Source: an uncultured Poribacteria bacterium
GTDB lineage: Bacteria > Poribacteria > WGA-4E > WGA-3G
Length of the DNA stretch: 64,000 nucleotides
Assembly (NCBI GenBank): GCA_951813565.1
Contig: OX638351.1
Coordinates: forward strand, 4,992,001-5,056,000
Reading direction: 5' to 3'
A model generated the notes under the pieces. It was not told the DNA's origin and ran no database searches. It saw only the letters and a program-made list of their open reading frames with translations. Made by a program: the position numbers and the translations under genes. Below, in pieces: positions 37,651 to 48,309 of the stretch (position 1 is the first letter of the stretch; every line of letters starts with the position of its first letter).

Positions 37651-39690
37651 TTAAAACTTTATTGTCAATTCACCGAGGAACTGTCGTGCTTGATTGCGAC
37701 TCCCAAAAACCTCATACAGATCGCCTGAAACATCGTAAAATCTACGGATAAAATTGCGACTCGTCTCTGCAGGATTGAGGTCTGCGTAACGGAGCCATAG
37801 ATTTGTACGTGACCAGATATCCCAATTGAGTTCAATCACTGTAGAGTTTGCATCACCAGAATCAACCCTATGTTGTTTATTTAGATCAGGAAAAAGTGCA
37901 TCTTGCGTCAGATCAGAGGTGCCGTCAACACGTCCAACTGATAAGTTCAACTCCTTATACCGATACGGATTCGGATTAGTAATGTATTTCAGATTCACAG
38001 CGAATGCATTCTCTAACGCCTGAGTTTCAAAGTCAAAACTATCCTCTATTTTGGCAGGCGTGGTATATCGCTCGTCCTGTTCGCTGTATGTCAATTCATC
38101 AAGGAAAGTTAAATGCCAACGTTCGGAAAGACTATATGTCCAACCGAACAAGTTTTTGAGTTCCAGCTGATTGAGTTCATCCTGGACATCAGTTGAAAAG
38201 TCAATGTCCTCATAATCTTCCAGATAGTTATTACTAAAATTTGCGACGCGGGTACTATAAAAGCCGTTCATGTGGGAAGGTTTTACGGTAAATCCGGTAA
38301 CAGAATATTGTGCTATTGTAAAATCGCTGGTGTCTCGCAAATAGAGATAGCCTGATGGGTCAAGATCAAGAAAAGTTAGATCGTGTTTTTCCTCACTCAG
38401 TTGATCTGTTTCATAAATAATCCGTCCAATATACCTGCCGTTGTTATCAAATTTCTGAACGCGTGAGATAACATTATGAAACAGCGTCAGCCGAATATCA
38501 GCCCGTTTAAGTTCTTCGGATAGTTCCTCTTTCTCCTCATTGTCATAATCGTTGTCATCATAGTATCTGCGATATTCTGCTTCTTCAAGCAGGCGTAAAC
38601 GTCTGTTTAGAGAGGCAGTATCAACTTTTCCCGTAGCGTTTTGGGCAAACGGACCGTATTGTGGACGGGTTGCATCCGTAATCGTATTGCCAAGGTCTGC
38701 TTGACCGGATGTGCTTTCTGTCAACTGCGTCAATGTTGGAGAAAGCGCAATAACTTCCGGCAATCCGCCGACTTTCCTACGGAATCGGCTTGCATCTTTG
38801 ACTAAAATCTCGCCTGTAGGCAGGGTGACAAGTACCATCGGTTTAACAAATTCACCATTGTCGCGTCCTTTTCTGCCGAAACTTTGAACAAATTTTCCAT
38901 CGCCATTAAATTTTACGATACGGTGGTTACCTGTATCTGCAACAAAGACGTTTCCGCGAGCATCAATTGCGATGTCAGCAGCATCTCTATCAAATTCACC
39001 ATCGCCTGCACCATACCTACCGAAAGTCAGAAGTTTTTTACCGTCAACACCAAACTTGTGGATACGTCCCTGTTTTGCGTCCAAAACGTAGAGTTGGTTT
39101 TGGGTATTGACAGCAACGCGAAGGGAACGGTCGTGTCCAGTCGACTGGATTCCCCATGCAGTTTTACCATTTTCATCTATCATGGGTTTTGTGAGTAAAA
39201 CCACACCGGGTTTTTGATTCACAGGGTCCACAAAATAGGTGTCTAAAAACTCACCTGTTGGACTGAATTTATGTACACATGGTGCAAAGATATATATTTT
39301 CGGATTGGCGGTTTCAGCGATATGGTGTGCGGTTACATCTGCGACATAGATATTTCCCAGGTCATCTACAGCGAGGTGTCCCGGTTTCCTTAAGATATTA
39401 TCAATGGATTCTGGGTCTGCGGGGATTTGTAAGAGGAATTCGCCTGATGGTGAAAGTTTCTGAATAAGCCGGTTTTCAGTATCACTGACGTAGATATTCT
39501 GCTTAAATGCCAGGTGAATGTCTTTGCTAAAAGCACCTTGAGACGAACCTTTGCCTGAAAATTCACGTTCTAATTTGATAAAGTCTACTGCAAACGCAGA
39601 ACTAAAAATTGTGTTTTGAAAAAGGAATGTAATTGTGAGTAATAGCAGGATGGAAAATTGAAATGATTTCGTGAGGATTATTTTATTCAT
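37651..39690 (-). CDS. Secreted NHL-repeat protein with a possible C-terminal beta-barrel
   Basis: Signal peptide; repeats IYVSDTENRLIQK, VFVADTGNHRIVKF, FGRxGxxxGEF; C-terminal ...LGELTIKF. Confidence 0.8.
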   Translation of the reverse strand: MNKIILTKSFQFSILLLLTITFLFQNTIFSSAFAVDFIKLEREFSGKGSSQGAFSKDIHLAFKQNIYVSDTENRLIQKLSPSGEFLLQIPADPESIDNILRKPGHLAVDDLGNIYVADVTAHHIAETANPKIYIFAPCVHKFSPTGEFLDTYFVDPVNQKPGVVLLTKPMIDENGKTAWGIQSTGHDRSLRVAVNTQNQLYVLDAKQGRIHKFGVDGKKLLTFGRYGAGDGEFDRDAADIAIDARGNVFVADTGNHRIVKFNGDGKFVQSFGRKGRDNGEFVKPMVLVTLPTGEILVKDASRFRRKVGGLPEVIALSPTLTQLTESTSGQADLGNTITDATRPQYGPFAQNATGKVDTASLNRRLRLLEEAEYRRYYDDNDYDNEEKEELSEELKRADIRLTLFHNVISRVQKFDNNGRYIGRIIYETDQLSEEKHDLTFLDLDPSGYLYLRDTSDFTIAQYSVTGFTVKPSHMNGFYSTRVANFSNNYLEDYEDIDFSTDVQDELNQLELKNLFGWTYSLSERWHLTFLDELTYSEQDERYTTPAKIEDSFDFETQALENAFAVNLKYITNPNPYRYKELNLSVGRVDGTSDLTQDALFPDLNKQHRVDSGDANSTVIELNWDIWSRTNLWLRYADLNPAETSRNFIRRFYDVSGDLYEVFGSRNQARQFLGELTIKF

Positions 39691-39884
39691 GCTTAACCTT
39701 TGCTGTTTTTGTTACATAATATCAATTATCTGTTCAGATGTCAAGAGTTAAATAAAAATGGCGTAAAAGCAGAACTAATTACATTAATTCATATTGCGTA
39801 AAAATGTCTGAAATGTTATGATTATCTTATCAACAATTTTCAAACATTAAACCTTCTTCCACATTTACTAAGGAGGAAATCGTT

Positions 39885-40805
39885 ATGAAAAGACTAATGT
39901 TCGTTCTAATATTAATGCTGATTATCATCACAATGAATGCCACTATACATGCTGCAACTATTGTAACAGATGGGTTAGTAAGTTATTGGACCTTCGATTT
40001 ACATGATGTTAACGATGGTATTGCTAAAGATGTATGGGGTGAAAACGATGCGACGATAAAGGGAAACCCGAAAATTGTAAATGGGCACTTAAGACAAGGA
40101 CTCAAATTTGGTGGAACAGGGGATTATGTAATCTTAGATAACCTCAGCAATTTTCAAAGTCGAATTGGCGCATCTTCCTTTGAATTCTGGGTAAAAACCA
40201 GTTATGATAAACGAAATATATTATTCAAAGTTATAGAAGTACTCTGTGAAGGAGATCAACGCTGGACTGATAAAGGTTGGGGGATACATCTCAATGCTTC
40301 AATTCAGGCACCAAACTTTCATAATAGACCTGATAATATTCCTCAAGGAGGAGGTGGAATAATTCAAAGAGATGAAAGAATACTCGTCGAATATGCTGAA
40401 AAAAGGGGGAAGGGATGTGGTCATTCTGCAAGATCATCCCCAGCGTCGATTTCAGATGACAAATGGCATCACATTGTATATATGTATAATTGGTATATAG
40501 ACGAGTTTGGTAGTGGTAGGGATGAAAAAGTAATCTATATTGACAGCATAAGGAAATCGTTAGGCAGAGGTACTTCTAAGAACCTACCCAAAAATGAACC
40601 GTTTACTCAACCTGTGTTTCTTGGTGCAATCAATGATAATGGTAAGGCAAGGAGGTTTTTTCATGGTGTCTTTGACGAAGTCCGTGTTTATGACCGTATG
40701 CTCACTGATGAAGAGGTATTACAAAATTTTCAATCTGGTGTCGGTCTCAATGTTGAACCCGTCGAAAAGTTGTCAACGGTCTGGGGTGCACTGAAGAAAA
40801 GATAG
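39885..40805 (+). CDS. Secreted LamG-like domain protein
   Basis: IVTDGLVSYWTFD, FEFWVKT, WHHIV, FDEVRVYDR; C-terminal VEPVEKLSTVWG; promoter TTGCGT-17-TATGAT upstream. Confidence 0.88.
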   Translation: MKRLMFVLILMLIIITMNATIHAATIVTDGLVSYWTFDLHDVNDGIAKDVWGENDATIKGNPKIVNGHLRQGLKFGGTGDYVILDNLSNFQSRIGASSFEFWVKTSYDKRNILFKVIEVLCEGDQRWTDKGWGIHLNASIQAPNFHNRPDNIPQGGGGIIQRDERILVEYAEKRGKGCGHSARSSPASISDDKWHHIVYMYNWYIDEFGSGRDEKVIYIDSIRKSLGRGTSKNLPKNEPFTQPVFLGAINDNGKARRFFHGVFDEVRVYDRMLTDEEVLQNFQSGVGLNVEPVEKLSTVWGALKKR

Positions 40806-40967
40806 TTACCCACCTTACTCTATGTTTGCAGTTCACTGCCCTCTTAATTCAGATACAAGGCAGGTGGACTCTGCTATGCCTACCTTCCCTCCTAAAAAGT
40901 TAATTCCTCTCTACCTCAGAGCCATTCAACTGTCGTGAAGCACTTTTGTGAGCTCTTTAAATCTCAT

Positions 40968-41127
40968 CTCTTCTGTAGGAGCGAGTTCCAGCTCGCGACA
41001 TCACCCAAATCTGTGATTCAAAAATTATCAGAAACTTTATAAACTGTTGCCGCAGAGCCATCCAGTATTTGTGTTTTTTTACAATTTGGACAGGGTCGCG
41101 AGCTGGAGCTCGCTCTTACAGGAAGAG
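40968..41127. repeat. GTAG-type REP inverted pair (REPIN-like)
   Basis: CTGTAGGAGCGAGTTCCAGCTCGCGAC (to 40999) and GTCGCGAGCTGGAGCTCGCTCTTACAG (from 41095); related copy at ~63095-63140. Confidence 0.8.
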
Positions 41128-41272
41128 GTTTGGGAAAAGATAGAAATTATTGGAGAATTGAATGGTTCTACCTCTATCCAAATTTATATTGTGTAAAATA
41201 ATCAATAATGTTATGATTAATACCAAACATTTTACGCAAGTACGGAAACTCCCTTGTTTCTAAAAGGATAGA

Positions 41273-42118
41273 ATGATGAAAAAACTATTATATTTCCTTA
41301 CAATTGCGATGATTAGTGTTACGATTGCTTTTTACGCTACTGCTAAAACGATTGTAACTGACGGTTTGGTGAGTTATTGGACGTTTGACGGACAAGATAT
41401 TACGGATAACACAGTCAAAGATGTCTGGGGTAAAAACAGTGGCACGATTGTTGGGAACCCAAAGGTTGTTGCTGGACGTGTGGGCGATGCTCTGGAATTT
41501 GACGGTTCTGACGATTATGTAAACCTAACAAATTTGGGTGATTTTGGCAGTAAAGTTGGCACATCAACATTTGAGGCGTGGGTCAAAACAGATTTCAAGA
41601 AGGATTGGACAACGCTCTTCAAAGTGCTTGATGACGGTTGCAATATGGCGTGGGCAATTGATGTCAACCGTAGCGCGAAAGCCGGTTTTCCGCTGGCACA
41701 AGATATTGTTCATTACTATGTCCGCCATCAAGCTGCCGCTGGGTGTATTGATAATGCTGTTGAAATTGAGTTTGCACTATCAGATGGAAAATGGCATCAT
41801 GTCGTTTTTGCAATTGAAGATGCAGGTGAACCGAAAATTAGTATCTATATGGATGGCAATCCACAGGAAGTAATTGTTGGGAAAGAATCAAAGTTAGACA
41901 ACTTTGTACCTTTTGTGCGACCTGTCTATATTGGTGCAGCGAACAATCGTGGTAATGTAGAAAGGTTCTTTCCCGGTGTGATTGATGAGGTCCGTATTTA
42001 TGACCGTCCCCTCACAGCAGAAGAAGTGAATCGCAATTTTGAATCCAAAGTTGGACTCGCTGTTGAACCTCACGATAAGCTGCCGCTTGTATGGGGATTT
42101 TTGAAGAATAAACTATAA
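41273..42118 (+). CDS. Secreted LamG-like domain protein (paralog of 39885-40805)
   Basis: IVTDGLVSYWTFD, IDEVRIYDRPL; C-terminal VEPHDKLPLVWG; promoter TTGTGT-17-TATGAT upstream. Confidence 0.88.
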   Translation: MMKKLLYFLTIAMISVTIAFYATAKTIVTDGLVSYWTFDGQDITDNTVKDVWGKNSGTIVGNPKVVAGRVGDALEFDGSDDYVNLTNLGDFGSKVGTSTFEAWVKTDFKKDWTTLFKVLDDGCNMAWAIDVNRSAKAGFPLAQDIVHYYVRHQAAAGCIDNAVEIEFALSDGKWHHVVFAIEDAGEPKISIYMDGNPQEVIVGKESKLDNFVPFVRPVYIGAANNRGNVERFFPGVIDEVRIYDRPLTAEEVNRNFESKVGLAVEPHDKLPLVWGFLKNKL

Positions 42119-42220
42119 GGAAATGGTTAGGCATCTCCTTTTATCTTTCAATTATGTAAGACACCTTGCCTTAAACATAAAACCTCTTTCATCGTCTTAA
42201 AACTACAAAAACACATATAA

Positions 42221-43558
42221 ATGTGTAGGAGGAATAAAAATTTGCGCTATTGCAAACCGACCTTTTGTCGGCTATTCATCTTTTTTCTTTTAATTGCTAT
42301 TCCAATGTCCACCACTGCCAGCGATTGGCCAAGTTGGCGAGGACCTAACCAGGATGGCACATCTGAAGAAACTGAACTAATATCTAACTGGTCTGTTGAA
42401 GGAGAAAACCTGCTCTGGCAGGCAGATTTTATCGGACGTTCCACACCGGTAGTTCTCAACGATAGAGTTTATGTTATGGGGCGTATCGGCAAGGATATAA
42501 CCGAACAGGAACGCATCGCTTGTTTTGATGCAAAAACCGGTGACCTGTTGTGGAATCATCAAATGAACGTATTTCATACCACTATCACCTTCAACCGCGT
42601 CGGTTGGACAAATCCTGTCGGTGATACGGAAACCGGTAATATCTACATCCACGGCATCCAAGGGCTTTTTATCTGCTTTGATAAGGATGGAAACATTGTC
42701 TGGTCACGCTCTCTAACTGAGGAATATGGGCGGATTTCTGGATACGGCGGACGTGTTCACACCCCGATTATTGCTGGCAATCTTGTGGTTATCAGTTATC
42801 TGAATGTAGGATGGGGAAATCAATCTATCCCTCGGCACCGTTATTTTGCTTTTGACAAACGGAACGGCGACTTGATTTGGGTATCAACCCCCGGCGGTAG
42901 ACCGCTTGATACTACGTACTCTACGCCAGTTGTCACCGAGATCAATGGACAGTCACTTATTATTGGCGGCAATGCTGATGGCAGCATTTACGCTATGAAG
43001 CAGACGACTGGTGAGATGGTCTGGGGGTTTAAGTTGAGTAAACGTGGAATCAATACCTCAGTCATTGTTGCTGGCACAAAGGTTTACGCTACACATAGCG
43101 AAGAAAATTTTGATACTACCGCGATGGGGCGCGTTGTCTGTATTGATGCAACGGGAACTGGAGATGTTACCGCAACCCATGAAGTGTGGCGATATGATGG
43201 AGTCGGCGTTGGATACGCTTCGCCTACACTCAAAAATGGACAACTCTACGTGGTAGATAACTCAGCAAATATGCATTGTCTCAATGCTGAAACTGGTAAA
43301 CTCTTATGGCAGCACAGCATCGGGACCGTCGGCAAAGGGTCGCCTGTGTGGGCAGATGGAAAATTGTACGCCACTGAAGTCAATGGCAAATTCCATATCC
43401 TTCAACCCGGCGCGGACAAGTGTGAGTCGCTCAGTGTCCAGGAGATAAACCGAGAAGAAGATGATCACTACGTTGAAATCTACGGTTCACCTGCTATTGC
43501 TGATGGACGCATCTATTTCACCACTGAAGAACATGTCTATTGTATCGGGAGGAAATAA
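42221..43558 (+). CDS. PQQ-binding-like beta-propeller protein
   Basis: DWPSWRGP, STPV, D..TG...W repeats, GSPAIADGRIY. Confidence 0.85.
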   Translation: MCRRNKNLRYCKPTFCRLFIFFLLIAIPMSTTASDWPSWRGPNQDGTSEETELISNWSVEGENLLWQADFIGRSTPVVLNDRVYVMGRIGKDITEQERIACFDAKTGDLLWNHQMNVFHTTITFNRVGWTNPVGDTETGNIYIHGIQGLFICFDKDGNIVWSRSLTEEYGRISGYGGRVHTPIIAGNLVVISYLNVGWGNQSIPRHRYFAFDKRNGDLIWVSTPGGRPLDTTYSTPVVTEINGQSLIIGGNADGSIYAMKQTTGEMVWGFKLSKRGINTSVIVAGTKVYATHSEENFDTTAMGRVVCIDATGTGDVTATHEVWRYDGVGVGYASPTLKNGQLYVVDNSANMHCLNAETGKLLWQHSIGTVGKGSPVWADGKLYATEVNGKFHILQPGADKCESLSVQEINREEDDHYVEIYGSPAIADGRIYFTTEEHVYCIGRK

Positions 43559-44511
43559 TGAAAAAAATTTGTTTTACAACGAGGCAGAAAAATTATGTTT
43601 TCGGACGACATATTTTCTACGCAGGCTTGATAATCTGTCTTCTCGTCGCAGGTTGTGCAAGCAAAGAGATCGCAGCGCCTGAAATGAGTAATGAACCTGC
43701 TGTTACACTCCTGCTCACCCCAGCAGAAACCATTACATCAGGCGAACCCGTTGCTTTCAACGTCATAGGGTTTGATGTAAATGGGAAACGCACAAGTGCG
43801 ATTGGTACAATAGAATGGACGCTAACTGGTTTAACTGGAACACTTGAGGATAACCAATTCACACCAGATAAAAGTGCTGGAGCGCATGCAGGCACTGTCA
43901 CTGCACAATCGGGAGAGTTAAAGGCAACTGCCCGAATTCGCGTGATTCCTCCACTGCCATGGACAGAAGATTTTGAAAATGTTGAACTTGAAAAAGCCCC
44001 CTCACACTGGATCGCTGCTACAAACAAATATTTTGTTCGTGAAAAAGATGGCAACAAGATATTAGTTAAAACACCTGTCCAGCGAGGTTTAGACAAGTCT
44101 AATGTTTACATCGGTCCGCCAACAATGAAAAACTATCAGATTCAGGTTGACCTGATGGGAACGAGAAACAAACGCCGTTTGCCAGATATGGGCTTAATTG
44201 CTAATCGTTATACGTTGGATATGCAAGGTAGACAGCAACGTTTGCAGATCCGATCATGGGCATCTGATTTGCGCATGGCAAAAACGATAGACTTTGCATG
44301 GGAAACAGATGTCTGGTATACCATGAAAATGAAGGTAGATATTGTTGACGATAAAGCGGTAATTAGAGGAAAGGTGTGGCGCAAGGGTGAAGATGAACCG
44401 GATGAATGGACTATTACTGCCGAAGACCCACTTCCGAATCGTGAAGGCAGCCCCGGTATCTACGCTTACTCCGTAACTGAAATCTATTATGATAATTTGA
44501 AGGTATGGTGA
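43558..44511 (+). CDS. Lipoprotein with Ig-like and jellyroll-like domains
   Basis: TAATG coupling to the upstream gene; lipobox LVAGC; WYTMKMKV, GKVW, GSPGIY. Confidence 0.65.
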   Translation: MKKICFTTRQKNYVFGRHIFYAGLIICLLVAGCASKEIAAPEMSNEPAVTLLLTPAETITSGEPVAFNVIGFDVNGKRTSAIGTIEWTLTGLTGTLEDNQFTPDKSAGAHAGTVTAQSGELKATARIRVIPPLPWTEDFENVELEKAPSHWIAATNKYFVREKDGNKILVKTPVQRGLDKSNVYIGPPTMKNYQIQVDLMGTRNKRRLPDMGLIANRYTLDMQGRQQRLQIRSWASDLRMAKTIDFAWETDVWYTMKMKVDIVDDKAVIRGKVWRKGEDEPDEWTITAEDPLPNREGSPGIYAYSVTEIYYDNLKVW

Positions 44512-44658
44512 TATATGTTTTTTGAATGTAAAGGCGGTGCTAAAGGCATCGCTATGTTTTCTGGTGTCTTAACTAAACTTATTCGCAAATTAAATTACAT
44601 GCCAAGTAGATTAAATTTATCATACACGCGCACCTATGCTGAAAAGTATAGTTATAGA

Positions 44659-46113
44659 ATGCGTTCGTATTCATTTGCCATTTTCATATTCGGTCTACTC
44701 AGTATTTTTCAAGTGTCCAACAGTTTTGCAGATAGCCATTTGTCTGCTAAGAAAGAAATAGCACTATGGGGTGGGTCGTTAAGCCGTAACATGGTCTCAG
44801 ATGAGAAAGACATCCCAGTAGAATGGGATTTGGCGACAGGCGAAAATATCAAATGGACAGCAGAACTCGGTTCACAAAGTTATGCAGGACCTCTCGTTGT
44901 CGGGGGCAAAGTTTTTGTCGGAACAAACAATGAAGCGCTAAAAAATCCAAAATTGACTGGGGACCGTGGAAATCTCATGGCGTTTCGTGAATCCGATGGT
45001 GCATTTCTGTGGCAAATCACACACACGAAACTCCCTTCTGGACGCGTAAACGATTGGCCTCTGCAGGGAATCTGTTCTACCCCATATATTGAAGGTGATC
45101 GGCTCTACTACATCTCTAACCGGTGTGAGGTTGTCTGTGTTGATACGGAAGGTTTTCTGGATGGCGAAAATGACGGTCCCTTTAAAGAGGAAACCGAAAC
45201 CAGCGAAATTGACGGGGACATTATCTGGATTTACGATATGATGGATGAGTTGGATGTCTTTCCACATAACCTCGCTACCTGTTCTCCGCTTGTTATTGGT
45301 GATCTACTCTTTTTGGAAACAAGCAACGGTGTTGATGAAACGCACATCCACATCCCTGTTCCTGATGCTCCAAGTTTTATTGCATTGAATAAAAACACAG
45401 GTGAACTTGTTTGGGAAGATGCCTCTCCTGGTGAAAATATACTACATGGGCAGTGGTCAAACCCAGCTTATGGCGTTATCAAAGGCGTTCCACAGGTTAT
45501 CATTCCAGGTGGTGATGGTTGGGTGTATGCCTTTGAACCTGAAACCGGCAACATCATCTGGAAGTTTGACTGCAACCCGAAAGACTCTGAATGGGAACTC
45601 GGTGGTCGTGGCACACGGAACAATATTATCTCAACCCCAGTCGTTCATGATGACAAAGTCTATCTCGCTGTTGGACAAGACCCTGAACACGGCGAAGGCG
45701 TAGGACACCTCTGGTGCATTGATGCCTCACAAACAGGCGATATTACCTCAACCGCTGTGGTCTGGCACTTTGGAAATGAACAGTTCAATCGCACAATGTC
45801 CACCGTTGCTATCCATGACGGACTTCTCTATATCTCCGACTTAAGCGGTTTCCTTTATTGCTTGGATGTTAAAACAGGCGACCTTTACTGGACGCATGAT
45901 ACCTTTGCTGCCATCTGGGGGTCGCCCTATGTAGTAGACGGTAAAGTCTACCTCGGTAATGAAGATGGCGATGTTGTCATTTTAAAAACGGGTAAAACCA
46001 AAGAAGTATTGTATGAAACCAATATGGGGAGTTCAGTTTATACTACGCCCGTGGCCAAGGATGGTGTGCTTTACATCGTAACCCGTAATCAGTTGATTGC
46101 AATTTCTGAATAG
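44659..46113 (+). CDS. PQQ-binding-like beta-propeller protein
   Basis: Signal peptide from MRSYSF; NIKWTAELGSQSY, CSTP, WSNP, WGSP repeats; start could be up to 44515. Confidence 0.85.
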   Translation: MRSYSFAIFIFGLLSIFQVSNSFADSHLSAKKEIALWGGSLSRNMVSDEKDIPVEWDLATGENIKWTAELGSQSYAGPLVVGGKVFVGTNNEALKNPKLTGDRGNLMAFRESDGAFLWQITHTKLPSGRVNDWPLQGICSTPYIEGDRLYYISNRCEVVCVDTEGFLDGENDGPFKEETETSEIDGDIIWIYDMMDELDVFPHNLATCSPLVIGDLLFLETSNGVDETHIHIPVPDAPSFIALNKNTGELVWEDASPGENILHGQWSNPAYGVIKGVPQVIIPGGDGWVYAFEPETGNIIWKFDCNPKDSEWELGGRGTRNNIISTPVVHDDKVYLAVGQDPEHGEGVGHLWCIDASQTGDITSTAVVWHFGNEQFNRTMSTVAIHDGLLYISDLSGFLYCLDVKTGDLYWTHDTFAAIWGSPYVVDGKVYLGNEDGDVVILKTGKTKEVLYETNMGSSVYTTPVAKDGVLYIVTRNQLIAISE

Positions 46114-46149
46114 AATTCTGATTAACACCAGAGTCATTAGAAGAATTTT

Positions 46150-47229
46150 ATGCAAAAAACCCTTTCTCAAAAAATAGAAAATGCGCGAACCGCACTTGAT
46201 GCGCATGTGCGAAAAATTGTCAACTGGCACTTTAGTCCAGAAACTGGATGTCCCTTCTGGTTAGAATTCGCAGAAAACTTAGATTTTGATCCGAGAAAAG
46301 AGATCGGTGGATATGCCGATCTCAAATGCCTTGGACATTTCCAAGATGAATGGCTACGGGGTGGGCCGGTTCGACGCTGGGTACCGAAAGCGTATGCTGA
46401 TCAACCGATTTATGTTTTTGAAACCGGCGGCTCAACAGGTGTGCCGAAATGTCGCATCAGTATCCGAGATTTCCATATTGATTACGAGTTGTTCAGTCAA
46501 ACGTTATCCGACGAAAGTTTTCCACGCGGTAGCGATTGGCTGATGTTGGGTCCGACAGGACCGCGCCGATTACGGCTTGCGGTTGAACATCTCGCACAAC
46601 ATCGTGGCGGCATCTGTTTCCTTGTTGATCTTGACCCGCGTTGGGTAAATCAACTTGTCCGTTACGGAAAACATCAGGAATTGGACGCTTATAAGAGCCA
46701 CGTCATCTCGCAAGCACTAAACGTCCTAAAAGCGCACGAAAACGTTCAATGTCTCTTTACCACACCGAAACTGCTTGAAGCGTTATGTGAAAAAATCTCC
46801 TTACAAAAGGTGGGGATTAAAGGCATCTTTTGTGGCGGCACTGAAATGGACGCACAATTTCACCGTTTTGCCAGGGAAGAACTCGTACCGGGAATTGATT
46901 TTGTGCCGACCTACGGTAATACTCTCATGGGATTAGCCACATGTAAACCCTTTGATCCTGCTGATAACTACGCGATAATTTATTATCCTCCACAACCGCG
47001 CGCTGTAATTGAGTTGGTTAATCCACAAAACCCTGATGAGCCAGTAGATTATGGCGAAACGGGACGCGTCATGCTCACAACATTGACAAAGGAATTTTTT
47101 GTCCCGAGATTTCTTGAGCGTGACGAAGCAGAGCGCGCTGAACCAATTCCAGAATATCCTTGGGATGGCGTTGAAAATCTCCGTCTGCTTTCTGAACTCC
47201 AAGAAAGTGTTGTTGTGGGTGTCTATTAA
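46150..47229 (+). CDS. Adenylate-forming (LuxE/ANL-like) hypothetical protein
   Basis: FETGGSTGVPK P-loop-like motif, GGTE, PTYGNT, VDYGETGRV, PRFLERD (variant of RYxxGD). Confidence 0.6.
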   Translation: MQKTLSQKIENARTALDAHVRKIVNWHFSPETGCPFWLEFAENLDFDPRKEIGGYADLKCLGHFQDEWLRGGPVRRWVPKAYADQPIYVFETGGSTGVPKCRISIRDFHIDYELFSQTLSDESFPRGSDWLMLGPTGPRRLRLAVEHLAQHRGGICFLVDLDPRWVNQLVRYGKHQELDAYKSHVISQALNVLKAHENVQCLFTTPKLLEALCEKISLQKVGIKGIFCGGTEMDAQFHRFAREELVPGIDFVPTYGNTLMGLATCKPFDPADNYAIIYYPPQPRAVIELVNPQNPDEPVDYGETGRVMLTTLTKEFFVPRFLERDEAERAEPIPEYPWDGVENLRLLSELQESVVVGVY

Positions 47230-47254
47230 AGTCTCTTATTCAAAGGAGATAAAC

Positions 47255-47584
47255 ATGGAACAGATTCAAATTATTGAAATAGAAGATCCAGTATACGAAG
47301 AAGCCTATGCCGCCCATATCCAAAAAAATGGGGAAAAGTGGATCGGATGGATACCGGAAGTTCCTGAAGTGAAGTGTGAAGAAAACACACAAGAAGAATT
47401 GCTGAAAACACTTGCAAAAGAACTCCACAAAGCCTTAGAAGCGGAACAGGAAGCATGGGAAAAGCAGCTTGAAGAAAATGTGAAAGCAGGGCATCTTGAT
47501 CATCTCTTAGAAAAAGCAGAAAAGAATTTCAAAGCCGGCAGATACTACAAGATAGAAGACCTCCAGAAATTACTGGAGAAGTAG
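47255..47584 (+). CDS. Putative antitoxin (HicB-like N-terminus)
   Basis: WIGWIPEVPEVKC...EELL; WEKQLEENVKAGHLD; directly upstream of a ParE-like toxin. Confidence 0.65.
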   Translation: MEQIQIIEIEDPVYEEAYAAHIQKNGEKWIGWIPEVPEVKCEENTQEELLKTLAKELHKALEAEQEAWEKQLEENVKAGHLDHLLEKAEKNFKAGRYYKIEDLQKLLEK

Positions 47585-47592
47585 TTTGTTAC

Positions 47593-47853
47593 ATGAATCA
47601 TATTCTGAATGTAGATTTTTGGAGGTTTTGCACGAGACTGCCTCCAGAAATTCAGAGACGTGTTCCGCAGAAATTTCAACTGCTAAGACAAAATCCAAGA
47701 CATCCTTCTCTTCGTTTCAAAAAAGTTGGGATTCTTTGGGCAATCCGAATCGGTAAGGGATACAGAGCTTTAGCACGAAAAAAGGAAAGGGTGTTCGACT
47801 GGTTTTGGATTGGAAAACACGATGAGTATATGAGGCGGATCCGAGAAAATTGA
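47593..47853 (+). CDS. ParE/RelE-like toxin
   Basis: FW...LP.EIQ...KF.LL..NP.HPSLRFKKVG...RIG.GYRALA...WFWIGKHDEY. Confidence 0.8.
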   Translation: MNHILNVDFWRFCTRLPPEIQRRVPQKFQLLRQNPRHPSLRFKKVGILWAIRIGKGYRALARKKERVFDWFWIGKHDEYMRRIREN

Positions 47854-47875
47854 AGAATAGATATTTTATATCCAT

Positions 47876-47980
47876 CTTCTTGAACGCGCTAAACCGATTC
47901 TCGAATATCCGTGGGATGGCGTTGAAAGCTTGTGCCTGCTTTCTGAATTGCAAGAAACCGTCGTAGTAGGTGTTTATTAA
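47876..47980 (+). repeat. Degenerate duplicate of the 3' end of gene 46150-47229
   Basis: Similar to ~47110-47229 (GAATATCC.TGGGATGGCGTTGAAA...GGTGT.TATTAA), followed by the same CTCTTATTCAAAGGAGATAAACATG. Confidence 0.8.
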
Positions 47981-48006
47981 CACTCTCTTATTCAAAGGAG
48001 ATAAAC

Positions 48007-48309
48007 ATGGAACAGATTCAAATTATTGAAATAAAAGATACAGTATATGAAGAAACCTATGCTGCCCATATTCAGAAAAATGGGGCAAAGTGGATCGGAT
48101 GGGTCCCAGAAGTTCCCGATGTAAAGTGTCAAGAAAACACACAGGAAGAATTGCTGAAAATGCTTGAAAAGAAACTGCATGAAGCCTTAGTCGCTGAGGA
48201 TGAGGCGTGGGAAAAGCAGTTTGAGGAAGACGTGAAGGCTGGACATCTTGACACTCTTCGCGAGGAAGCTCTTGAGGATTTACGAGCAGGAAAATGTATT
48301 GATCTATAG
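48007..48309 (+). CDS. Putative antitoxin, tandem paralog of 47255-47584
   Basis: MEQIQIIEI...AAHIQKNG.KWIGW shared. Confidence 0.7.
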   Translation: MEQIQIIEIKDTVYEETYAAHIQKNGAKWIGWVPEVPDVKCQENTQEELLKMLEKKLHEALVAEDEAWEKQFEEDVKAGHLDTLREEALEDLRAGKCIDL

